Assembly (NCBI RefSeq): GCF_009914755.1 | Contig: NC_060935.1 | From: the human T2T-CHM13v2.0 reference genome, Homo sapiens | Direction: 5' to 3' (one strand) | Length of the DNA: 64,000 bases | In this document: positions 22,313 through 37,250 of the stretch, piece after piece | How positions within the stretch are numbered: the stretch's first letter is position 1 | Layout: every line of letters begins with the position of its first letter | Position numbers and translations under genes: made by a program | The notes under the pieces: model-generated | Told to the model about the DNA's origin: nothing | The model's database searches: none | The model's input: the letters and a program-made list of their open reading frames with translations, nothing else

Positions 22313-22765
22313 TGTCAGGCCTCTGAACCCAAGCTAAGCCATCATATCCCCTATGACCTGCACGTATACATCCAGATAGCCTAAAGTAACTGAAGAATCA
22401 CAAAAGAAGTGATATTTAAATGGCCTGTTCCTGCCTTAACTGATGACATTCCACCACAAAAGAAGTTAAAATGGCCAGTCCTTACCTTAACTGGTGACAC
22501 TACCTTGTGAAATTCCTTCTCCTGGCTCATCCTGGCTCAAAAAGCTCCCCCACTGAGCACCTTGTGACCCCCACCCCTGCCCACCAGAGAACAACCCCCC
22601 TTTGACTGTAATTTTCCTTTACCTACCCAAATCTTGTAAAACAGCCCCACCCCTATCTCCCTTGGCTGACTCTTTTCGGACTCAGCCCGCCTGCACCCAG
22701 GTGAAACAGCCTTGTTGCTCACACAAAGCCTGTTTGGTGGTCTCTTCACAAGGATGCAAATGAAA
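22313..22765 (+). mobile_element. HERV-H 3' LTR7 (453 bp)
   Basis: Preceded by PPT AAGAAGAGAGGAA (22300-22312); same repeat structure as the 5' LTR. Confidence 0.93.
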
Positions 22766-23557
22766 CTCTGTATCATTTTTTATTGTGTTTATTTGATATT
22801 CTCTTTTCTTCTTTATTAGTCTAGCTAGCAGTCTATTTCCTTAATTTTTTCAAAAAAAAAAAAAGCCCCTGGATTCAGATTATTTGAAAAGTTTTTTGTG
22901 TCTCTGTCTCCTTCAGTTCCACTCTGATGTTACTTTTTTCTTGTCTTCTGCTAGCTCAATCATCCCAGGTCAACATCCCAGGTCAATTCCTGCTGTGCTG
23001 GCAGCAGGAATTTCAAGCCAGTGATTCATAGCTTGCTGGGCTCCATGGGAGTGGGACCTGCTGAGCGAGACTACTTGGCTCCCTGGCTTCAGCCTCCTTT
23101 CCAGGTAAGTGAACGGTTCTGACTCTCTGGGGTTCCAGGCGCCACCAGGGGATGAAAAAAAAATTTCTGCAGCTGGCTCGGTGTCTGCCCGAACAGCCGC
23201 CCAGTTTTGTGCTTGAAACCCAGGGCCCTGGTGGTGTAGGCTCACCATGGAATCTCCTGGTTTGCGGATTGCAAAAGCTATGGGAAAAGCATAGTATCTG
23301 GGTGGGATAGCACAGTCCCTCATGGCTTCCCTTGGCTGGGAAAGGGAGGCCTCCTGCTCCTTGCACTTCCCGGGTAAGGTGATGCCCCACCTTGCTTATG
23401 CTCGCCCTCCATGGGCTGCACCCACTGTCTAACCAGTCGCAATGAGATAAACAGGATATCTCAGTTGGAAATGCAGAAATCACCCGCCTTCTGCATAGGT
23501 CTCACTGGGAGCTGCAGACTGGAGCTGTTCCTATTCGACCATCTTGCCAGAACCCCC
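22766..23557 (-). mobile_element. Remainder of the host LINE-1: ORF2 piece fused directly to the first ~590 nt of the 5'UTR
   Basis: ORF2 antisense continues to ~22956, then L1 5'UTR antisense (...gagctgcagactggagctgttcctattcgaccatcttgcc) to ~23557. Confidence 0.85.
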
Positions 23558-24674
23558 AACAAGAATATTTTTAAAACAAAGTAAATACCACCATACTCCT
23601 GGAAAAAAAAAATACACTTTTGCTGTCTGCCAAGAAGCAGCAGCATGGGGTTCACAAATAGTTGGATTCCTAGTAAAGATTCTGCCCAGCTGAAAATTGG
23701 CTTTGAAAATAATGCGACCAGAAACTTTGGGAGAACAGAACTTTAAGTGGCTCAGATAGCCTTCTTAGAGTTTGGATTACCATTGGTTGTTCTCCTAAAG
23801 TGATAAGAAGTTTCTAGAGGAACAGTGTGGAGATCAAAATGGCCTATGATCACCAGAATGCTATATATCCAGCCCCTATGCCCTTTGTGCTGTACTTGCC
23901 TATGTGGGTTATAAGGACCCAAGTCCTACAGAGTCAGGAATCACCCTTCCCTTTAAAATCTTCCTTCTTTGACAAAGCCCCGCTCCTACATGACTGCAGG
24001 AAATCCAGTTCTTTCCCAAAATATTCCAGAGGATACCAAAGGTAGCTTACATTTTCAACCAACATGGTGCCTCTCTGGTCTGCTTGTTTCCTATGGACCA
24101 CCACTGGTCCTGAGCCTCTTCTCTCCATAGCTACAAACTTTTTGGGTACCACAAACCATACTTCTCCTTTTATTCCCCAAGAACAGCGAATAACAAAGCT
24201 TGAAGATAACAAAAGGGGAGTATGTGACAATAACTTAAAACTGGGAACTAGAGAGCAGCTTCTTTCTACTCCTGGTGTCACCCAAGGGTCCCTTCTGGCT
24301 TTTCCCCTGCCGCCTCTGCCCTGCTGCCCCTATGGTGGGGTCCATTCCCTTTTTTTCAGTTGGCATCTCTGGCTGACATGTTCTCCACCCCTAGGCAGCA
24401 AAACCAGATTCCTTTATGGCTCTAAAATCTCTGCAGAGGTGTTTGTTTCCTAAAGTTATCTTTTCTATCATTAAGCAAAATAACTGGATTGTGCGCAGCC
24501 CCCTGCTGGATCATGTGTCACTAGTACTGGGCCTCCCTACCATTAAGGAACCCAGCACTTTCAAGTTCTCTGATTCTCCATGTGACATGCCCAAGTGAAC
24601 CAATACCACCACTGCCCCAATCACCCACCCATTCCCAAAAAGTGAAAAATAAGCACACAAACAAGTGACTAGTG

Positions 24675-24680
24675 TTTAAT
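24675..24680 (-). terminator. PLAAT5: Candidate PLAAT5 poly(A) signal (ATTAAA; an alternative AATAAA lies at 24756-24761)
   Basis: tttaat on the plus strand, followed on the minus strand by a GU/U-rich tract (cttgtttgtgtgcttattttt), ~2.1 kb past the stop codon. Confidence 0.6.
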
Positions 24681-26758
24681 CTCAGAAACATTTGCATTCA
24701 GAGTACGTTCCCTTAGAATTTTCTCCTCTCCACTCCATGAGGAGTGGGCATGTGCTTTATTATATCAACAAGACTAAGAAGCCGCACCCGAGTGGTCCCA
24801 CTCAAAAAAGAGATTTCTGTTTCTACCTCAAAATGCAGAAACCATTACAGATTAAAAGAGAAACACACACACACACTTTGAGAAACTCGCCCTTCCTCAT
24901 CTTCAAAGTGTGGGGTATGCATTCCAGATCTCTCAGCCTGATGGACAGCTTGGAAGTGGAAGGGACCAATGTCCAGCAAGTGGACTTTGCCCCATGTCCA
25001 TTGTGCCTTGTGTCTTCCTAGCCAACTCAGAACTCCTCACATCCAGCCCCCAGACTACCGCTCATGGGCTCAGGCAAAGGTGGGAGTAGCCAGGGTTTGG
25101 CACTTGGGAGACACTCAAAAATATTTTTTGGACAAACAAGTGAATGTGAGCCCTGAAACTTTCTAGAGAGTCTCTGTCCCATTGGGTTCAAGCCAGTAAA
25201 AAGCCAGAGAAGTGTCTTTCTGTCCCAAACATAAGCAAGAGATGGATGAGTCCTCTGTGCAGAAGTTACTAAACACTCCTTGGTGTGGAGGAGTTTTTTG
25301 TTAATGAAACAACATCCAGTTTGTTTGATGAAAGATTAATATGGTCAATGAGCTCAAAGTCATCTTCAGATTAAAGCATTCACTAAAACATGGCTGGGTT
25401 AGTTTGCAGCTAAAAGGAATAAATATACTTTATAAAATATGAGTTCCTGGTACTCAGGTTCTGCTTCCAAGGAAGTCTCAACCTAGACCATATAATGAAT
25501 AGAGACTGAAGGAAGAGGTATTGGGAACTCAACTGATTCTCAGGCAGGGGAGTGTGAGAAGAAATGGGGAAGAGGAACTAGGGATATCAGTTTCATCCTG
25601 GTCATGATTCACAGAAATGAGTGCAGAGGGAAGACAAAGTCAGATGCCCAGACTGCAGTGTTGGGGAACAGGAGGCCATTGAGTTTAGATTGCTAAGAAA
25701 AGGATGGAGGGTAAAAACATTGAAGAGTTTCAGTGAGAGTCTATTTTCTCCAAATAGGAGAAAAGCTTATGGAGATACCAACAGACCTTATCTGAAACAC
25801 TCTGAGGGTTCCATCTTGCTCTTTTCCACATTCTTCATATTTTCTAGGTATCTCTGGAGGCATAAGAGAACACTTTTCTAGCTTTTTTGGGTGGTTTCAG
25901 CTACCAGCTATCACTACAATCCCCAGCCATAATTTCAGATCTTCCATCCTGTCAACTTTCTTCAAAACACAAAAATAACTCCTTTCTCTCCCTCACTCAC
26001 ACAGTAGAGTTCAATTGATTAAACTTATCAAATTATTTTAAATATTCATCTGAAATCAGTGAGACTAGAAACTTCACATTTTAGGGTAATTATGAGGTAC
26101 AAAAGCAAGATAAATTGTCTTATCGATGATACTTTTGATAGAAGATTTTTAAACAATAAGGCATAAAGTTGATGTATAATTTTAAAAAGAAAATATTTCT
26201 TGGGATATGTGTTTCTAGATTAAGGTACCATGGGCCCTGAATAACGAATCTCAGTTTTTCTTAAGGTCCTCCTCCTCTGAGCTACACTGTGGGTCGAAAA
26301 GGGCAGGATTATCATAAATGGAAAGAAGCTAGAGACATTTTAGTTAAATAAAAAGAACATCTGGAAAAAGACATCTTCGTTACTGGAAATATTCAAGCAG
26401 AGGTTTCTGGGATGTTTCTGATGGCACTCAAGCATCGGAGACCAAGGTCAGCCTAAGACACAAGCAAGGTCCCATCCTACAAAGAGAGTGAAATTAGATC
26501 CGTATATGAAATGCCTAGCACAGTGCCTGGCGCATAAGAGATACACACTAGATACCAGATCCTTCCCATCCTGAGAGTCTGTGGGTCTATGCTCGTATAT
26601 ATTGGATGTATTTCTGGAAGGGTAATTGGATACATTGTAGATTCTTCCAGAAGTTCACAATTTTCTTAATCGGAGCCATTGAGAGAAGGCAAGGGAAGGA
26701 AGCATGTTCTTTTTGCTTGTGTCAGTAACTCTTCCTCTAGCTGGAGTTTTCATCACCT

Positions 26759-26851
26759 TCAGGCAGTTATTGGTTTGGGCTTTATGCTATCCACTACAGC
26801 TGAAATAACTGCTCCAGCAGCCTTCGCTCCTTCCATCAGGGCGTGCTCTAC
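26759..26851 (-). CDS. PLAAT5: PLAAT5 coding exon 6 (VEHALMEG...KPKPITA*)
   Basis: Acceptor tttgcag|GTAGAG; 93 nt ending in TGA; phase 0 matches exon 5. Confidence 0.92.
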   Translation of the reverse strand, partial: VEHALMEGAKAAGAVISAVVDSIKPKPITA

Positions 26852-27631
26852 CTGCAAAGCACATCAGTTCACAGGACAATCAGTACCAATCCTAGGCTTG
26901 CACCCTCCCCTACCTCCACCCCACCATACCCATTCAGCAACCAGCCTGTCTGGAGTCTATTCCCAAGAGAAGAAGCAGTCCATGCTATCTTATATTTTCA
27001 AAACTCCTAGAGTGACAAGAGACCAAGAAAAGCCAGGATTGTTGGAGACAGACAACCCCTTCCTCCCTCTGTGCCATTTGGCCCAGGGTCTGCTTCCAGT
27101 GTGGGGCTCAGAGGCAAAGGATCTCACAGCACCACAGCCACTGAGGCCCTCATTCTACAAACAGGGGATCCAAGAGCCAGGGAGCGGAACTCACTTGGAC
27201 AGAGCCATACAGTGAATTCATGTCCAAACTTAGCTCTTGGGTTCTTGGGCCTCATGACTCCTAGGCCCAAGCTTCTTCAGAGGACTTCTTGTAATGCCCT
27301 CAGTCCTTGGGGTCTTCATGTGCAAATTCTCACGGGACGGGAGGTTTCTCACACCAGGGCCCACCAAGCCCCGGACACTAGAGAAAAGCCTCACAAGAAT
27401 GGAGTGCAGGCTGGAGAGGATGCAGAGCAGAGAGGAGGAAGGTGCAGAAAGTAAAGGGCACAGCAGGGAGGCTGCCAATGGTCACTGAGGATGGGCTGGC
27501 AAAAGCAGAGACTAACATTGGAATGTGAGCCCAATCTGCTTAGACAACAGAAGAAACATAGAAAAAAAATAGAATAATTATGTTCTTCTTTTAATCCTTA
27601 ATTTTTTCCATCTCTTTAAAGGGGGATAATA

Positions 27632-27976
<345 letters not shown>

Positions 27977-28252
27977 TCACCTATTAACATGAATAGCCCA
28001 AGTTTTCACATACATTTAGGATTCAAAGTTATTTCACATGCACTGAACTACATGAATTTATTACTTCTCTATATGGGAGGAAGTGACAGAGCCAAATGCA
28101 GTATAGGCCAGGCAGGTAATGTGAGTGAGGCAGGTGGGTGACATACCTACCCCTTATCCCCTGCAAAGCCACAGCATGTCCCTACAGAGTGTCAGCAAGT
28201 AGGAATGCCAGCCCAGTGGCCTGATCAATTGTATGTTAAAAAGAAAGCTGAC

Positions 28253-28566
<314 letters not shown>

Positions 28567-28625
28567 CTACATCTTTTTATATAAAATTTCTATATTTTTA
28601 AATATTGGCAAGTAATTCAAACAAA

Positions 28626-28627
<2 letters not shown>

Positions 28628-28665
<38 letters not shown>
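28628..28665. repeat. (TG)n microsatellite
   Basis: Uninterrupted GT run. Confidence 0.95.
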
Positions 28666-28667
<2 letters not shown>

Positions 28668-28761
28668 CCAAGATGTGGCCCACAAAGTACTAGGTTGCAA
28701 TTTTATCAACAGAGTATCTGCTTCTGCTTATCCCTGCTTTGTTAAGGAAGAAATGGTCTTT

Positions 28762-29076
28762 GGCCAGTCACGGTGGCTTACACCTGTAATCCCAGCACTT
28801 TGGGAGGTCGAAGTGGAGGATCACTTGAGCCCAGGAGTTCAAGACCAGCCTGGGCAACATAGCAAAACCACCTCTCAACAAAAAAATTAAAATTAACTGG
28901 GTGTGGTGATGCACACCTGAAGTCCCAGCTATTCAGGAGGCTAAGGCAGGAGGACGGCCTGAGCCCAGGAGGTTGTGGCTGCAATGAGCCATGATTATGT
29001 CATTACACTCCAGCCTAGGTGACAGAGTGAGATCCTGTCTCCAAAGAAAGAGGGGAAAAAAAGAAAAGAAAGAAAA
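28762..29076 (+). mobile_element. Alu (AluJ-like)
   Basis: GGATCACTTGAGCCCAGGAGTTCAAG, diverged right arm, GAAAA tail. Confidence 0.85.
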
Positions 29077-29361
29077 GCTTTCAGAAATATACTGATTTGA
29101 CCAAGGATACCCCTCTAGTTAATAGTTGAGCTGGGGCTCCAATCGCTGGTCTTACTATTAGCCCAGTGCCTTTTCTACTCCTCCCTGGGTTAATAAAGGT
29201 GAAAATACCTCCTGAACCATAAAGTCCTGCAGAAATAGAAGGCCCTACTAGTATAACGAATAATATAATGAAAGCCCTGATTACCATTCTGATCACTAAT
29301 GAAATGACAAACCCCAAGAAAGCTCTGGAAGAAGCCATCATCAGAGCAAATGGGGTCACAC

Positions 29362-29624
29362 CTGCTGGCTCCGGGGTACGCCATATCTGAGGCCATTGAC
29401 AAAGTGCTCACAGTTCCCTTCAATCAGGCTGTACTGCACGATCTTGTTGACCATCTTTTTTGTACGCTGGATGATCTTGTCCACCGGCAAGGGCAGGTAC
29501 GTCCCATCTAGCTTGTTATTGACCTTCCAGGAGCAGCCATGCAGCACATCCTCCAGACGACTGTATTTCACCACGGCCCGATTGCTAAAGATGGAAGTAA
29601 TGCTGCCCACCTCAAACTCCTCAC
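29362..29624 (-). CDS. PLAAT5: PLAAT5 coding exon 5, with catalytic NCEHF motif
   Basis: ctccag|GTGAGGAG...AGCCAGCAG|gtgtga; encodes EEFEVGSITS...YSLIEGNCEHFVNGLRYGVPRSQQ (HRASLS/LRAT family). Confidence 0.96.
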
Positions 29625-31608
29625 CTGGAGACCAAAGACAAACAAAGGTTGGGAAATACAAGGAGTAGCAAAGCAGAGCACAGTCTAAGACTCTGAGTAA
29701 GCTGCTTCCCCTGGAGTCTCATTGGCACCATCAGTAGAAGGGTGGCAGAAGAGGGGAAGTTGGAATCAAAGAACCGCAGAGAATCAACTTTCCTGAGAAG
29801 CCCTTTGCCCTGCGCCTCACTCCCTGCTCTCAACCCGCACAGGAGTCTCTTTCTCATTAAACTCTTGGAGCACCTTCCCATGTGGTCCCAGACTGTGTTG
29901 CACTGACCTACCCAAGTCCTAGGATTTGAGTCTCATTTCCTGAGAAGACTTCAGTAATCTTCACAAACATGTAAAGAGCACTCTCTATGTAAGTGTCAGC
30001 TCATGGGTAAAAGGCTATCACATACATGATTATGGTGGTTCCATGTCACGCCTCCCTCTGGGCTGCCACAGGGACACAGGGGAAGCCAGCCAAGCAGGGC
30101 TCTGAATGGCACCTGCTCCTGCCAGCTTCCACCTACAGCCACTTGACTGACCTCTACTCAAATACGGGGATTCTCATTAAGGGTATGTTTGAAAACAGGG
30201 TTCCACAGCTTTGAAAAAAGAAATGTTTGAAAGGTGCTACATTATCATATTCAGCCCTGAGATGAGACAGAGACTGAAAGAGGGTCAGGAACCTGCCCAA
30301 AGCTGGGTGGGTAGTCATTTAAAGTAGCACTGCTACAACCATGTTGATATGCGAATGTGTATACCCTTCCCTTTATAAGTTGTCCAAGGGCAAGAAATGC
30401 TCCATGATCTTTTCTTACAAATTTGAAGAAAATCTGCTGATTTTATAAAAGCTGGCAATAGATAATTCAGCATTCAGGAGCAGAAATGGCAGAATTCATT
30501 TTCAGAGAGCAAGATAGGGGTGGGGGAAGACATAACTGATAAGTATCTCTGTGGTTGTACAAGAGGGAAACTCCTGGACTTAGTCTGGAAAGAAGAGATG
30601 AATTTCTACATTCTTTGAGTAGGTTCTGAGACAAGAAGTGGGAAGGGTATGAGTGGATGGGGCAGAGAAGAGAGGCAATGAGAAAGGGGCTCTGCTCCAT
30701 GGGAACATCCCTGCATGGTGAGAGACTGGGCCAGAGGAAGAGGACAGGACACAGGGATGACAGCTGAGAACAAGTTAGGACCAAAGGCCTTTGGTATAGT
30801 GCCCTTCTGTAATTCAACTTTGAACTGGCAATACCTGCACAGGAGACAGCATTCAAAGTGCATTCAATGGTATTCAACAGGGTCTACCTACCCCTTCCTC
30901 TCCCAAACCCCAACCCTTATCAGGCCTCATCTCCTGAGATAACCACTGTGACCAGCAGTTCTAGATACCCAATTTTAAGTTGTTTCCCATTTTGCTGTAC
31001 TCTTCCTCTACTATCATCACCTCCTCCCCCATCAAATCTCCACTAAGATTTAATTAACACAAATTGAATCTCAGCCATATGTTAAGCAGCTGTGAGAAAT
31101 GAAAAGAGGGCTGTATCTACATTTAGGGTGAAACAGCAAGGAGCATGTTGGAACAGCAGCGAGACAAGGTGAGGACGAAGGTGCCAAAGGTGATCAAGAA
31201 GCCAGATGCAGTGTCTGAGGACTATAGAAAACAAATGACGATCAGAACATGTGAGCATCTGCACCCTCCTTGGGGAATCCTCAGAAAGATGAGGATAGAT
31301 GCTCAACTTTTGTCAATACAAAATGGAGCTCAAGTTCTAAAATGTGTGTATTTAAACAAAGGGCCCTCTAGGAGGTCAGGGAACTTGGGCCACGCTCTTT
31401 ACACTTGTATCACTCTTAGGCCTGGACACTCATTGGTTTTTGGTGAACAGAGACCAAGCTCTGTCACACAGTAAGCAAAGGTCCAGTCATGCTTCAAGGG
31501 GTCCCATTGCTAAAGAATGGCAGTAACTGAGGAACACAGTAATTAACTGTGCTTCTATTTACTTTGCTAACTTCAATATCAGTATTTCAATAGACTATTC
31601 ACTCTTAC

Positions 31609-31717
31609 TTGGGGGAGCCAGATGGACCACGCAATCATCTTCTACATAGATGGCCCAGTGCTCATAGCCAATTCGAAAAATCTCAATCAGGTCTCCAGGT
31701 CTGGGTCTTGGTTTTCC
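31609..31717 (-). CDS. PLAAT5: PLAAT5 coding exon 4, with both catalytic His motifs
   Basis: attatag|GGAAAA...CCCCCAA|gtaaga; encodes [36 protein letters not shown]. Confidence 0.96.
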
Positions 31718-32353
31718 CTATAATGGAAAAATAAAAGATAAATGGCACATGCTCAAGGAACTCCAGAGACCTTGTTTTAGGATCAGGGACAGCTCAGCCT
31801 AAAGATCCCCTCAGTGTGGTTCATCACTTCACAGAAACCCAAGCTAAAGAAATTTCTCTTCACACTGAGGACCAAAGAAGTCCCCTCCTCTCCTACCCCA
31901 CTCACATTACTAAAGCCATCAAGGATACCCGTGCCAGTTATCAATGTATTGCCTCTCAGCTGTGAATGTATCCTCCAATATATACCCTGTGATAGATGAC
32001 TAAACTTGTTTTAAGCATTTCTTCCTTAAAGCAAGTAAGATGTTAAACCTTCTCAGTAAAGGGTGCTGGCTTTCTCTTGTACTGCAAGACAAAGGGGTTC
32101 TCCTGCAGTTTCTGGCTGGGGTGGGCAGGATGATGGTCAGTAGTGTGGGTGTGTGGACATCTAGTAGAGTTCTACCTCAGACCCAGGATCCTCAAGGCCT
32201 CCTGCCCCTGCTGGCACCCTGATTCCCTCTGCAGGGCCCCCACGTGACCCACCTGAAGCCCAGAGGGTGCCCCCATCCTCTGCACACCCACACCACCAGT
32301 TGCTAATAGCCACTTCAGTCCTGCTTGCCCAGCAAATGCAAACTTCTCTATTA

Positions 32354-32355
<2 letters not shown>

Positions 32356-32413
<58 letters not shown>

Positions 32414-32430
32414 CAGGTAGAGAGAGAATG
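32356..32430. repeat. (TG)n(AG)n compound microsatellite
   Basis: TG run followed by an AG run. Confidence 0.95.
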
Positions 32431-32496
32431 AGAATATACATGAATAGGTAGGCATAGAGTTGTACATAAGCATCCATCTTTTTAAAAAATATTTGA

Positions 32497-35065
<2,569 letters not shown>

Positions 35066-35074
35066 AAAACATTA

Positions 35075-35480
35075 ATAGGCTGGATAAAGAAAATGTGGAA
35101 TACTATGCAGCCATAAAAAGGATGAGATCATGTCCTTTGCAGGGACATGGTTGGAGCTGGAAGCCGTTATCCTAAGCAAACTAACACAGGAACTGAAAAC
35201 CAAACACCGCATGTTCTCACTTATAAATGGGAGCTGAATGATGAGAACACGTGGACACACAGGAAGGGGAACAACACACACTGGGGCCTGTCAGGGTGGG
35301 GGTTGGAGGAGGGAGAGCATCAGGAACAATAGTGAATGGATGCTGGACTTAATACTAAGGTGATGGGTTGATCTGTGCACAAACCACCATAGCACAATTT
35401 TACCTATGTAACAAACCTGCACATCCTGCACACATACCCCAGAACTTAAAAGTTGAAGAAAAAAAAAGGAAAGAAAAAAA
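35075..35480 (+). mobile_element. LINE-1 3' end fragment (older L1PA)
   Basis: ORF2 tail and 3'UTR (gtaacaaacctgcacatcctgcac), A-rich tail. Confidence 0.8.
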
Positions 35481-35934
35481 CAGCCCAAACAGCCATCAAT
35501 AAGGACCAGTTAAGTAAATAATCCTATATCCACACACACAGAGACATTAGAGAGAGGAAGTTGAATTTACATGAGCAGCGTAATGCTGCTGAGATTCATG
35601 CTTGCTGCAGCATGCGTCAGTTACTCCATTATATGGAGGCACCACATTTTGCTTAACCAACGTTGTTCTTTTTCAGTATCACTTTGGCTATCCCAGGTCC
35701 TTTGTCTTTCCATGTAAATTTTAGGATCACTTCATCAATGGTTATCAAAAAAAATATTTTGACAGGGATTGTGTTTAATCTGTAGATCGATTTGGTGAAG
35801 ACTGCCACCTTAAGATTGCAGATATTTCGCAATCCACAAACATGGAATTTTTTGTGTGTACTTAAATCTTCAATCTCCCTTACCAATGTTTTGTAGCCTA
35901 ACATTTTTGTTAAAGTTATTCCTAAGTATTTTTA

Positions 35935-36752
<818 letters not shown>

Positions 36753-36905
36753 TATGTGATTGACTCCTTAGGATTTTCTACATACATTGAATTTTTCATA
36801 GGTGCCCTTTTTCAAGTTGAGGAAACTCCCTTTAACTGAGTTCAAGAGAATTTTTTTTTATCATGAATGGCAGATTTTGACAAATGCTTTTTCCAGAGGT
36901 ATTGA

Positions 36906-37250
<345 letters not shown>

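Larger units (their letters stand above)
15895..22765 (+). mobile_element. HERV-H provirus (LTR7-gag-pro-pol-env-LTR7), defective, with an extra nested LTR
   Basis: LTRs begin TGTCAGGCCTCTGA and end TGAAA; tRNA-His PBS; pro (LINTEATHS, 18705-19064) and RT (YRLVQDLRLIN, 19083-19496) remnants; env remnant; PPT. CTGTA at 15890-15894 and 22768-22772 is a probable TSD with a 2-nt offset. Confidence 0.95.

Noticed and set aside
24064-24453. 129-aa ORF between the L1 and the PLAAT5 3' end
   Set aside because: No recognisable homology or splice context; consistent with chance.
26679-27215. 178-aa plus-strand ORF
   Set aside because: Starts at TTG, lies antisense to PLAAT5 exon 6 and has no recognisable domain.
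29356-29661. 101-aa ORF as a stand-alone gene
   Set aside because: It is PLAAT5 exon 5 plus intronic read-through on both sides.
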